A stretch of DNA of 64,000 nucleotides from Candidatus Peregrinibacteria bacterium. Lineage in GTDB: Bacteria > Patescibacteriota > Gracilibacteria > UM-FILTER-43-11. A model generated the notes under the pieces. It was not told the origin of the DNA. It searched no databases and saw nothing but the letters and a program-made list of their open reading frames with translations. The DNA lies in the NCBI GenBank assembly GCA_016932495.1, contig JAFGCR010000011.1, positions 4,973 to 68,972 of the forward strand, read 5' to 3'. A program made the position numbers and the translations under genes. Shown piece by piece: positions 27,972 through 37,244 of this stretch (position 1 is its first letter; each line of letters opens with the position of its first letter).

Positions 27972-28973
27972 TTATTTTTTAGCAATATATTCCGCCAGAT
28001 TCACCATGCGGCAGGAGTAGCCCCATTCATTATCGTACCAGGCAAACACTTTTATCAGATTGTCATCCAGTACCATGGTGTTTAGGGCATCCACAATGCC
28101 GGAATGCTCATTCATCTGGAAATCTTTCGAGACCAAAGGTTTTGTTTCGACCTTAAGAATAGTGGGATGTTTTTTGGCATATGCCTCAAAGGCCGCATTC
28201 ACTGCTTCTGCTGATGTGTTCTTCTCCACTTCTACTGTCAGATCGACCAATGAAACAGTCGGCAGAGGCACGCGTACTGAAGTGCCGGTCAGTTTTCCTT
28301 TCAATTCCGGGATAACCAAACCGACAGCCTTGGCCGCCCCCGTGCTTGTGGGGATCATCGACTGCAGGGTACTGCGGGCTCGGCGCAGGTCTTTATGCGG
28401 TAAGTCCAAAATCCGCTGATCGTTGGTGGCGGCATGGATGGTCGTCATAATCCCGCGTTTGATTTTAAAGGTCTCATGCAGTGCTTTGGCTACTGGCGCC
28501 AGACAATTGGTGGTGCAGGAGGCATTGGAAAGGATTTGTTCTTTGCCGGTGAGCGTCTCTTCGTTCACACCCATCACAATCGTGGCGTCTACGGGCTCAT
28601 CGCCTTTGGCGGGAGCGGAAATAATGACTTTTTTCGCGCCGGCCTGTAAATGAAGCGCGGCTTTTTCTCTGGTCCGGAAAACGCCGGTACATTCAAATAC
28701 CACATCTACTCCAAGTTTACCCCATGGCAGCTGGGTTGGATCTTTTTCCGCGAATATTTGAACGGATTTGCCGTCCACGACCATTGCATTCTCCTTAACC
28801 TCCACTTTCCCTGGGTACCGGCCGTAGGTGGAATCAAATTCAAATAAATGAGCAAGTGTGGGAATATCGGTTAAGTCATTGATTGCAACGACTTCCAGCT
28901 TACTTTTGTGCTGCATGATGATGTGCAGGATTTGCCGGCCAATGCGGCCGAAACCATTGATGGCGACTTTCAT
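27972..28973 (-). CDS. gap: glyceraldehyde-3-phosphate dehydrogenase, type I
   Basis: MKVAINGFGRIGR, SNASCTTNCLAP, WYDNEWGYS. Confidence 0.95.
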   Translation of the reverse strand: MKVAINGFGRIGRQILHIIMQHKSKLEVVAINDLTDIPTLAHLFEFDSTYGRYPGKVEVKENAMVVDGKSVQIFAEKDPTQLPWGKLGVDVVFECTGVFRTREKAALHLQAGAKKVIISAPAKGDEPVDATIVMGVNEETLTGKEQILSNASCTTNCLAPVAKALHETFKIKRGIMTTIHAATNDQRILDLPHKDLRRARSTLQSMIPTSTGAAKAVGLVIPELKGKLTGTSVRVPLPTVSLVDLTVEVEKNTSAEAVNAAFEAYAKKHPTILKVETKPLVSKDFQMNEHSGIVDALNTMVLDDNLIKVFAWYDNEWGYSCRMVNLAEYIAKK

Positions 28974-29008
28974 AATATTTTATTAAAAAATTAAAAAAAT
29001 TTGAAAAA

Positions 29009-29320
29009 TTAACGGATACCAGCCTCATGAAGGATACGATAATCAATCTTCGTCACTTCCCCTGACGCCTGATCGATTGGCTGGTCTTCATAGGACTTCA
29101 GAGCGCTGTCAATTCGCTTCATCCAATCTGGCGTCAGGGCTGATGGCTCATCCATAAAAGCAAAAATAATTTTAAAAGCCCCGCGGATTTCTTTAAGGAT
29201 GTCTGTCCGTTCTCTTTCAAGGACATGCAGTCTTTGAGCGGCCTGCTCCAGAAAATTAAGTTTATCGACGAATTCCATAGCGCCGTCATGTTCAGATGGT
29301 GTGGAGGGATTTTCCTTCAT
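29009..29320 (-). CDS. hypothetical protein
   Basis: 103-aa ORF between prs and gap on the same strand. No motif. Confidence 0.45.
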   Translation of the reverse strand: MKENPSTPSEHDGAMEFVDKLNFLEQAAQRLHVLERERTDILKEIRGAFKIIFAFMDEPSALTPDWMKRIDSALKSYEDQPIDQASGEVTKIDYRILHEAGIR

Positions 29321-29332
29321 CGTTTTTATTGA

Positions 29333-30277
29333 TTAATAAAACCATTTACTGGCGGATTTGTGCTGCGTCACACTACTGATGATATTGGCCAGCAGGGGCG
29401 CGATAGAGATTTGTTTCAGGCCTTTGAATTTTTTTTCTTTTGGCAGGGGCATGGTGTTAGTGACCACCACTTCCTTATAGCCCGCTTTTGATAAACGCTT
29501 AACAGCCGGACCAGAAAAAATAGGGTGGGTGGCGGCCAAATACAGGTCTTTTGCCCCCTGGCCTTTTAGCGCCTCGGCGGCGTTTGCCACACTGCCGGCG
29601 GTGTCGATCATATCGTCGTACACAATACAGGTCCGCCCTTTTACATCACCGACCACATGGGTGACCGCGGACTGGTTGTGTTCGGGCCGTTTTTTGTGGA
29701 GGATGGCGATGGGCGCGCCCAGATCATCCGCAAACCGTTTGGCGTTTTTAGCGCCGCCCGCGTCTGGAGAGACCACGGTGACATTTTTTAGGTTTTTCTT
29801 TTTGAAATAGTCCGAAAACAGCCGATGGACGATGACGTTGTCTACCGGAACGTCAAAAAATGCCTGATTCTGGTCCGAATGGAGTTCGAACGTGATCACA
29901 TGGTCCGCGCCAGCAGTAACCAGCAGATCGGCCATCACCTTGGCGGAAATCGGTTCGCGCGGCACATGCACTTTGTCCTGACGGGCGTAACCGAAATGCG
30001 GGAGAATGACATGCACTTTTTCCGCGAAGGATAATTTAGCGGCGTTGATCATCAAAAAAAGTTCTATGTAATCCTCGTTCACAAATTGGTCCCGGCACGT
30101 CTGTAAAATAAATACCTCCTGGCCGCGGATAGTCTGCTGAAGGGCTACATACTTTTCTCCGCACGAAAAAGTGGAGAGTTTTATTTCCCCCGGTTTCTTT
30201 TTCAGGGCGCGGGCTAGTTCTGTAGCGAGTTCCGGATGCGAGGAGCCGGAGAAAATGGTGTATTTATTTTCAGGCAT
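29333..30277 (-). CDS. prs: ribose-phosphate pyrophosphokinase
   Basis: IFSGSSHPELA, the LHSDQ region, and the DDMIDTAGS PRPP-binding loop. Confidence 0.95.
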   Translation of the reverse strand: MPENKYTIFSGSSHPELATELARALKKKPGEIKLSTFSCGEKYVALQQTIRGQEVFILQTCRDQFVNEDYIELFLMINAAKLSFAEKVHVILPHFGYARQDKVHVPREPISAKVMADLLVTAGADHVITFELHSDQNQAFFDVPVDNVIVHRLFSDYFKKKNLKNVTVVSPDAGGAKNAKRFADDLGAPIAILHKKRPEHNQSAVTHVVGDVKGRTCIVYDDMIDTAGSVANAAEALKGQGAKDLYLAATHPIFSGPAVKRLSKAGYKEVVVTNTMPLPKEKKFKGLKQISIAPLLANIISSVTQHKSASKWFY

Positions 30278-30439
30278 ATGGTGGTTGATTAGCGTTCGGA
30301 GATTATCTTATCATATCTCTAAGAAGCCCGACAAATCATTGTCAGGTTTTTTGGACAGAGTGTCTTTTTTGAATTATTTGGGTTGGGGGCTCAGCTTCCG
30401 TTGTCGTTTAAAACATTGGAAGCCGAGCCCACGTTGGGG

Positions 30440-30922
30440 TCACTCGAAGAGCACCTTGGCCGCTTCGGCGTGAAGGGCGAACAGCTCCTTGATGAGGGTC
30501 TTGTCCTTCTCGATGCAGTCCCGGACCTTGTCCATCACCTGGTTGTGCCAGGCGAAGATGCCCTGCTTTGCGTGGTTCGTTTGGCCGTTCGTACTTAGTG
30601 CCATGGCGGACAGGTTCAGGCTCTTGACGACGCTGATGTGGATCTCGAAGACCTGGATGATATCCTCCTTGCTGGCCTGCTTGCCGTAGAGCTCCACCGC
30701 CTTCTCGATGAGGCGGATGGTCATCTTGGTGTGCGACTCCATGCTGGAGCACACCTTCTGGAGCGCGGGTTCCGTGTAGTTGCCCACACAGGCCTGCATG
30801 ATCTTCGAGGGTTTTTCCGTCGCCACCTTGTTCGAGAAGAACTCCGCCTCCTTTGCGGATGCCTGGCTTGCGAAGATCGTTGCCATCGCCACGAACGTGA
30901 GAACGAAAAGATTCTTCGTCAT
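30440..30922 (-). CDS. secreted 160-aa helical protein encoded by a compositionally foreign GC-rich gene
   Basis: AGGAG 6 nt before the ATG. Signal peptide MTKNLFVLTFVAMATIFASQASA|KE. G/C-ending codons. 17 Lys versus 2 Arg. A downstream hairpin at 30387-30430. Confidence 0.7.
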   Translation of the reverse strand: MTKNLFVLTFVAMATIFASQASAKEAEFFSNKVATEKPSKIMQACVGNYTEPALQKVCSSMESHTKMTIRLIEKAVELYGKQASKEDIIQVFEIHISVVKSLNLSAMALSTNGQTNHAKQGIFAWHNQVMDKVRDCIEKDKTLIKELFALHAEAAKVLFE

Positions 30923-31063
30923 CTCTGACTCCTGTTACCTTGTTCAGACACATTTTCCCCCGAACCACTCGGAGAAAGAATGATTTGTCTGAGCAATTAC
31001 CCAACCCGGATAATTCAAACTTTATTTAAAAAGATCAACAACACAATTTATGTGATGATGAAC

Positions 31064-31092
31064 ATAATACAATAAAAGTGTATTTATGTCAA
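31064..31092 (-). promoter_or_regulatory. sigma-70 type promoter TTGACA-N17-TATTAT (minus strand) driving the GC-rich gene
   Basis: -35 is the reverse complement of 31087-31092; -10 is the reverse complement of 31064-31069. The leader is about 140 nt. Confidence 0.65.
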
Positions 31093-31109
31093 TAGTAAAA
31101 AGGGCTCTA

Positions 31110-32498
31110 TTATTTCGGCATTACTTCTGTTCCGCTTTGCCCGTCTTTAACAATCCATTTTCCGGATGCCTGAATTTTATCGCGGATTTCGTCGGCCTTT
31201 CCCCAGTCTTTGTTATCCCGTGCCTCATTTCTCTCCACAATCCATTGCTCAATTTGGGGGGGCAGTTCGAATGCGATTGGTTCGTCTAATTTCAATCCAA
31301 GCACCGTGTCGAATTTCTTGATGGTAGCGAGTTTGTCCGCGTCGCTTATATCCGAATCATCCAATAATTCCCATGCTTCCGCCAAAGCTTCTGGCATGTT
31401 GAGGTCGTCGTTGATTGCTTTTTCAAATTGTTCCATGCGAGATTGGTGAATCTCGCCTTCAGTATCTCCTAAATTACACACCTTTTCGCGCAGGCGGCGG
31501 AGGCCGGTTTTGGCGGCATCAAGAGCATACCAACTAAATACCAATTCTTTGCGATAATGTGCCTGCAAGCAGAAGTACCGATAATCCAACGGGCCGTAAC
31601 CTTTTCCAATCAGTACATCGAGTTTTAAAAAGTTATCGGCGGATTTGGCCATTTTTTCATCCTTTCCCAGCACCAGAAAGTTCCCATGCATCCAGTAAAG
31701 CACCCATGGCTTTAGGTTAGTGGCGCCTTCGGCCTGGGCGATTTCGTTGGTGTGGTGAACGGGGATGTGGTCGATGCCGCCGCAGTGGATATCCATTTGC
31801 TTGCCCAAATACTTCATCGACATAGCACTGCATTCAATATGCCAGCCGGGGTATCCCTTCCCCCACGGGCTATTCCATTGCATTTCCTGGTCCTCAAACT
31901 TCGATTTTGTGAACCAGAGAACAAAGTCGTGAGGGTTTTTTTTGTTGGGGTCCACTTCAATACGGGCGCCGGCCTGCAGTTCCTGCTTGTCCAGTTGCGC
32001 CAGCTTCCCATAGTCCGCGAACTTAGAGGTGTCAAAATACACATTACCTCCTGCCGTGTACGTCAGCCCATTGGCTTCGAGCTGTTTGATCTGGTCGATC
32101 ATGGTGTCGATATGGTCGGTGGCTTTGGGTTTGATGTGCGGCATCAATAAGTTGAGGCGATCCATATCTTCTAAAAATGCCTGCGTGTATTTTTCGGCAA
32201 TATCCCAAACAGTCTTTTTCTCTCGCTTTGCCCCTTTCAACATCTTATCCTCTCCCTCATCCGCGTCCGAGGTCAGATGCCCCACGTCCGTGATATTCAT
32301 CACGTGTTTTACCGGGTAACCATTCCACTCCAGAACCCGCCTTAAAATATCCTCAAAAACATACGTCCTTAAATTGCCGATATGGGCGTAGTTGTACACA
32401 GTGGGTCCGCACGTGTATAATTTCACCTCCGTCGGGTCGAGCGGTTCGAAAAGCATTTTCTGGCGGGACATGGTGTTGTAGAGGTAGAGGTCGGCCAT
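31110..32498 (-). CDS. cysS: cysteine--tRNA ligase
   Basis: CGPTVYNYAHIGNLR (HIGH) and KMAKS (KMSKS). Confidence 0.95.
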   Translation of the reverse strand: MADLYLYNTMSRQKMLFEPLDPTEVKLYTCGPTVYNYAHIGNLRTYVFEDILRRVLEWNGYPVKHVMNITDVGHLTSDADEGEDKMLKGAKREKKTVWDIAEKYTQAFLEDMDRLNLLMPHIKPKATDHIDTMIDQIKQLEANGLTYTAGGNVYFDTSKFADYGKLAQLDKQELQAGARIEVDPNKKNPHDFVLWFTKSKFEDQEMQWNSPWGKGYPGWHIECSAMSMKYLGKQMDIHCGGIDHIPVHHTNEIAQAEGATNLKPWVLYWMHGNFLVLGKDEKMAKSADNFLKLDVLIGKGYGPLDYRYFCLQAHYRKELVFSWYALDAAKTGLRRLREKVCNLGDTEGEIHQSRMEQFEKAINDDLNMPEALAEAWELLDDSDISDADKLATIKKFDTVLGLKLDEPIAFELPPQIEQWIVERNEARDNKDWGKADEIRDKIQASGKWIVKDGQSGTEVMPK

Positions 32499-32633
32499 GA
32501 TAATTAGAAAATTATAATCGGGGCCCCTTCATAAGGGGGGAATAAAGAAAGAAGGGGAAAAAGAAACAAACAAAGAAAAAGCGAAGAAAGAAAAGTCATA
32601 TAGTATAATAGCCTAGCATCTACTATTTGAGAA

Positions 32634-33521
32634 ATGAAACTTTCCGTCATTATTCCCACACATAATCGGGCCGATACACTGAAAACCTGCCTCGAAAAAC
32701 TGATGGCGCAAAAAGGTGTGAACTTTGAAGTGATTGTGGTGGATGACGGTTCGACTGACCATACTAGAGCCGCAATGTCCGATGTCCGATGTCCGATGTC
32801 CGATTGCACAGATATTCGATATATCAAACAATCAGCCTCTCATCAGGGGGTGGCGCGGAATAAGGGGGTACAGGCGGCCACAGGTGATGTGGTTGTGTTT
32901 ATTGGAGACGATATTTTTGTGGGACCTGATTTCCTCCAAAAACATTATGACCGGCATGCGGAATATCCAGATGAGAATGTGGCAGTTTTAGGCTATACCA
33001 CGTGGGATCCAGGCCTGAATGTGAATGGTTATATGAAGTTTCTGGAGTCTTCTGGCTGGCAGTTTGGTTATCAGTTTTTGAACCCTGGCATGATCGGCAA
33101 AGCGGAACCGTATAAATTCTTTTACACCTCGAACATTTCACTTAAAAAGTCGTTTTTGGAGAAAGAAAAGTTTAATGAAGATTTTAAGTGTTACGGATGG
33201 GAGGATATTGAACTGGGCTATCGGCTCTGGAAGAGGCACGGAATGGAAATTTACTATGAACCAGAGGCCAAAGCCTATCATCATCACGAGATCCAGCCAT
33301 CTGATCTGCCGAAAAAGATGCGGGCGGTGGGGCGGTCAGCCGTCCATTTTCAGCGTCTCCAGCCCGAAGTGCGGGTAATTCCACAGGGTTTGAGGCGACG
33401 GGCTTTAAAGTTGGCCACCAATAACGCCACACTGCCACTCATCCGCATACTGGGAGATCAAATGTACTATAAATTCCGGTCCTGGAATGAGTTTTTGAAG
33501 GGGGTGGAAAATAAGGGTTAA
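32634..33521 (+). CDS. family 2 glycosyltransferase
   Basis: MKLSVIIPTHNRADTL ... FEVIVVDDGSTD ... GVARNKG ... FIGDDI. Confidence 0.85.
   Translation: MKLSVIIPTHNRADTLKTCLEKLMAQKGVNFEVIVVDDGSTDHTRAAMSDVRCPMSDCTDIRYIKQSASHQGVARNKGVQAATGDVVVFIGDDIFVGPDFLQKHYDRHAEYPDENVAVLGYTTWDPGLNVNGYMKFLESSGWQFGYQFLNPGMIGKAEPYKFFYTSNISLKKSFLEKEKFNEDFKCYGWEDIELGYRLWKRHGMEIYYEPEAKAYHHHEIQPSDLPKKMRAVGRSAVHFQRLQPEVRVIPQGLRRRALKLATNNATLPLIRILGDQMYYKFRSWNEFLKGVENKG
32775..32802 (+). repeat. perfect heptanucleotide tandem repeat (ATGTCCG)x4 inside the GT2 coding sequence
   Basis: Read directly. It encodes ..MSDVRCPMSD... Confidence 0.9.
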
Positions 33522-33632
33522 TCCCCTTCTCCGTCTTTGGCAGAGCATCCCTCTCAAGTAAGGGGAGATTTAGACTTGACATAATATTTAAAATGTATTA
33601 GTATATTCAACCTAACCTTAATCCTCCTCCTT

Positions 33633-35540
33633 GTGTCAGAAAAATTTGATGATTTTGACGGGCTTATCGAATCTCTGGAGCCAGAGGTGTCTGATGCTGA
33701 TTTGCCGAAAGCGAAGGGTAAATTAGCGATTTCAGTGCGCATGCTGATGATTCTGGCGTTGATGATGATCGCTCCTCAAGCAATCGCCAAAGGTAAAAAG
33801 GCTAAAGCGTCCCCGGCAACCGCTTCTATTGAACATACGCTTACCCTTACTTCTGAGGAAGCTCAAAAGACCGATCCCTGGGAAATGGATTTAAAAAAGA
33901 TGATGGAGGCAATTCCGGCGAATTTTGGCTCAGGTATAGATCCTTTTAAGGAAATGGGAAGGGAACAGCCCGCGTTGTTTTTATGTGATGACATTCCCCA
34001 AAAGCATGTTGATGATGTCGGATTAAACAAAGATTTTTCATCCGTTATATTCCAGGTCGGGCAATTGGTAGAAATGGGGATAAAGGACCGCATTAATGCG
34101 GAGAAAGGCCGTCTTAAAAAACTTCCCAACGTTGTCCGTTTATTAAATATTGCAGGTTATAAAAGCCTTGATGACAAGGTTAAGGAAATTGAACGTAAGG
34201 TAAAAGCGGGCCCTGAAAACACCCGTGAATGGCATGCGATTGCTATGGATCTGTTAGATATGGCTGATATTTTTGTCAGAGAGGCCGGAGAACTAATCGC
34301 ATCACTTGATTCTAAGGCGAAAAATTATAAATCGGTGCAAAAATTGTTTGATATGGGGAAGAAAATGTTAGACAAAGTCCGTGCCAAATTAGGGTATCAT
34401 GGCAATTTTGATGAAAAACAATGGAAGGCGCTTGTCGGGACTATGCTGAAAGAGACTGAAAGTTTACTTAAACAGCTGAAGGGAATAGGTATTAGCGATG
34501 CTTACGTTACCCCCCGTTCAATCGATTACAGCCTGATCCCCCAAAGTTATCACACCCAAATTAAAAAGGCGATTGAGATTTTAGAGGCTTTAGAAAAAGA
34601 CTCCAAGCCCAACCTTAAGCGGTGGCAGGAATTGCAAAAACGTATGGCAGAAATCAATGAACAGATTAAAAAAACCGTTAACAGGGAGTCGGCCATGGGC
34701 AAGAAACGCCATCGTTGCGCCCAATCTCCTGAGCCCATCGGTGTATTTAGTTTGGGCGGCCTCCAGAAAACCCGCGGCACAGTGGATTCTGATAAGCCTG
34801 ATTATTATGAAGAAGTGCCCCAGGTGGCCCGCCCTTTGCCTTACCAATGCAGCTGGGTAGACCCGGAACGGGGTCGTGGCCCTGGAGTGGTGATGGCCCT
34901 AAAGGATCTGGAAGAACGAGTTAAGTCTTATATCGAAGCTGGCATGCAGCGGTTACAAGCTTATGCACAGGCTGAAAGGTCGGCAGGAATCGTTGACGAC
35001 CCTATCCAGAAAAAACGTTTTGCCATGATTGCTGATGGCGAAAAGGAAATGGACGCGATTTTAGCGGAGTGGAATGACATTCTTGAAAAAATCGTTTTTT
35101 TACGGCGTGATTTAGAAAAAACAGCCGGTATGGAATTGCGCGTGGCGTTGGATTTACGACGCTGTAATGTGCCGGTAACCGCACTTGAGCAAGCGGCGAA
35201 AAGGAACGATGAACGGGGAGTATATACAGGCATACTGGAAAGACTTGGTTATACTGGCGAAGGTTTTGCTGACGGCAACTACATAACAGTTACCTCAGGG
35301 CAGTCTAAAGATGAGGTGGAAAAAAGAGCTTATTCTTCCGCTATCAGTGCTTTCGCTGGACGCGAAATCGGACACCCAAGGGTCTGGAAGCCATCAGGCG
35401 GTTATCATTTTATTATTTCTTCCGGCGAAATAAATGTATTTGTCGAAAAGCTAGAGGCAGTTGCCATGGGGAACGGTCATAGCATGTGCGGCATTGTGGC
35501 ACGACTGGCGACAGGGGATGATTTACAGCCTAAAAAGTAA
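33633..35540 (+). CDS. hypothetical secreted or membrane-anchored helical protein
   Basis: 635-aa ORF with a GTG start. A hydrophobic segment MLMILALMMIAPQAIA sits at residues 37-52 (alternative start 33741). A promoter-like TTGACA is at 33576-33581. No motif. Confidence 0.6.
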   Translation: MSEKFDDFDGLIESLEPEVSDADLPKAKGKLAISVRMLMILALMMIAPQAIAKGKKAKASPATASIEHTLTLTSEEAQKTDPWEMDLKKMMEAIPANFGSGIDPFKEMGREQPALFLCDDIPQKHVDDVGLNKDFSSVIFQVGQLVEMGIKDRINAEKGRLKKLPNVVRLLNIAGYKSLDDKVKEIERKVKAGPENTREWHAIAMDLLDMADIFVREAGELIASLDSKAKNYKSVQKLFDMGKKMLDKVRAKLGYHGNFDEKQWKALVGTMLKETESLLKQLKGIGISDAYVTPRSIDYSLIPQSYHTQIKKAIEILEALEKDSKPNLKRWQELQKRMAEINEQIKKTVNRESAMGKKRHRCAQSPEPIGVFSLGGLQKTRGTVDSDKPDYYEEVPQVARPLPYQCSWVDPERGRGPGVVMALKDLEERVKSYIEAGMQRLQAYAQAERSAGIVDDPIQKKRFAMIADGEKEMDAILAEWNDILEKIVFLRRDLEKTAGMELRVALDLRRCNVPVTALEQAAKRNDERGVYTGILERLGYTGEGFADGNYITVTSGQSKDEVEKRAYSSAISAFAGREIGHPRVWKPSGGYHFIISSGEINVFVEKLEAVAMGNGHSMCGIVARLATGDDLQPKK

Positions 35541-35558
35541 CTCACCAAGAAGTAATCA

Positions 35559-37109
35559 TTGCCTTATAAAGCTTTTTTCCTTAATATAATATCCAGTAAA
35601 AAAGCTTTTTTAGGTAAATTGCTGCAAACAAAAACTTCTAAAATCATCAGTGTCTTTTTACTGGTCATCGCTCCGCTTACATTGGGGGGCTGTTTTAAGA
35701 CAAAGTGTCCGAAGCCAGCCGACAACATTCCCGGCACCAGCGAATTCAGGGATGACTGCCCCTACGAAGACCCGAACGCCGCTCCTACGGGTACACGCGA
35801 GCTGGATTTTTATTTTGTGTACGACAATACCGACGCGTTCCGTGAACAGATCCAGGCGTACCAAAGCCAGAACCCCGGGCTGATTATACGGATGAAAAAG
35901 TTTGTGGACTTGGCGGAGTATGAAGACTTGGTCATCAACGAAATCGCCGAAGGGGATGGGCCGGATGTGTTTATGGTACATAATTCCTGGATGCTGAAAC
36001 ACTGGAAAAAGCTTTTGCCCCAGCCACTCGATTTACCCATCGTCATCACACCCGACGTATTCCGTCAAACGTTCTTCCAGGCCGCGGCCGACGATCTTAT
36101 CATCAACGAAGAGGTGTATGGTATGCCGCTTTCTGTCGACAATCTTGCCATTTACTATAACAAGGCTTACTTCCGCGATTTACTCGCCACCACCGACCAG
36201 CCGGGCGCTTTGTGGGAAGATATACGGGACCAGGTCTTCCAGCTGACCAAACAAAACAACAGCCCTGAACGGTTCGCGCTGGCGGGCTTTGGTATTGGCC
36301 GCGGCGACAATGTGGCCCGCGCGGTCGATATGCTGTATACGTTGTTCCTCCAGTATGGGGTAGATTTTTATAATGACACGGGCGAAGCCGCCACGTTTGC
36401 GAATCAGCAGGGGGCGCGTTCCGGCGCGGTGGATTTTCCGGGAGTAGAGGCGCTTGAGTTTTACACCAGCTTTGGTCTGCCTACTTACAAAAATTACAGC
36501 TGGAACGAAAATATAACCGGATTCGCGCCGGATGAAAAAGAAATCAATCCTTTTGTACGCGGTAAAGTGGCTATGATCGTCGGCTACCCCTATTTATACG
36601 ATACGCTGGTGCAGGCCATCCAGAACCAGCAAAAGGCGGGCGGAGATCATATTGATGCGGACGATATCGGCGTTGCTCCTATGCCCCAGCTGGTTACGCC
36701 GACCGAAACGACCCGCCGCGACACGTTGGCCAGCTACTTCCCGCTAGCCGTCGCCCGTACGACCGATAACCCTAAGGACGCGTGGGGATTGGTCCAATAC
36801 CTTACGACCGCTGACAGTCTCCAGACCTATCACAAGAAAACCAATCATCCGACCAGCCGGAAAGATATGGTGCAGGAACAGCAAACCGAACCTATTTTCG
36901 GTGTTTTCGCCTATCAGGCTCCGTTTGCCAAAAGCTTTAAAATTTATGACGCGGACGCGTATTACAAGGCCTTCACTGACGCAATCCAGAAAGTCGTCAC
37001 TAACGTTATGACTCCCAAAGAGGCGCTTACCGAGGCTCAAACTAAAATCACCTGCGTTATTAAAAAACAGAAAAAATTAGTCGGTGGTGAGGTGGATTGC
37101 GGGATCTAA
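35559..37109 (+). CDS. ABC-transporter extracellular solute-binding lipoprotein (family 1)
   Basis: Lipobox LTLGGC. An alternative TTG start at 35619 gives a canonical lipoprotein signal peptide. PDVFMVHNSWM is an SBP-type motif. Confidence 0.75.
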   Translation: MPYKAFFLNIISSKKAFLGKLLQTKTSKIISVFLLVIAPLTLGGCFKTKCPKPADNIPGTSEFRDDCPYEDPNAAPTGTRELDFYFVYDNTDAFREQIQAYQSQNPGLIIRMKKFVDLAEYEDLVINEIAEGDGPDVFMVHNSWMLKHWKKLLPQPLDLPIVITPDVFRQTFFQAAADDLIINEEVYGMPLSVDNLAIYYNKAYFRDLLATTDQPGALWEDIRDQVFQLTKQNNSPERFALAGFGIGRGDNVARAVDMLYTLFLQYGVDFYNDTGEAATFANQQGARSGAVDFPGVEALEFYTSFGLPTYKNYSWNENITGFAPDEKEINPFVRGKVAMIVGYPYLYDTLVQAIQNQQKAGGDHIDADDIGVAPMPQLVTPTETTRRDTLASYFPLAVARTTDNPKDAWGLVQYLTTADSLQTYHKKTNHPTSRKDMVQEQQTEPIFGVFAYQAPFAKSFKIYDADAYYKAFTDAIQKVVTNVMTPKEALTEAQTKITCVIKKQKKLVGGEVDCGI

Positions 37110-37111
37110 AT

Positions 37112-37228
37112 AAATCCGAAATCCGAATATCGAAATTCGAAACAATATCGAATGTTCAAAATTCAAATGCATAAAACGTTTTGAACATTGGCTATTTGAG
37201 TTTAGAATTTGTTTCGGATTTCGGATTT
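37112..37228. repeat. long imperfect palindrome with short-tandem-repeat arms (AAATCCGAAATCCGAA ... TTCGGATTTCGGATTT)
   Basis: 37112-37127 pairs with 37213-37228. The centre AATGTTCAAAA at 37151-37161 pairs with TTTTGAACATT at 37179-37189. Confidence 0.85.
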
Positions 37229-37244
37229 AAGATTTCGAGTTTTT

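Noticed and set aside
30408-31004. 198-aa ORF 30408..31004 (-) and plus-strand ORFs 30383..30928
   Set aside because: The alternative frames over the GC-rich gene give Gly/Arg/His-rich products. The 30440..30922 frame has AGGAG-N6-ATG and a signal peptide.
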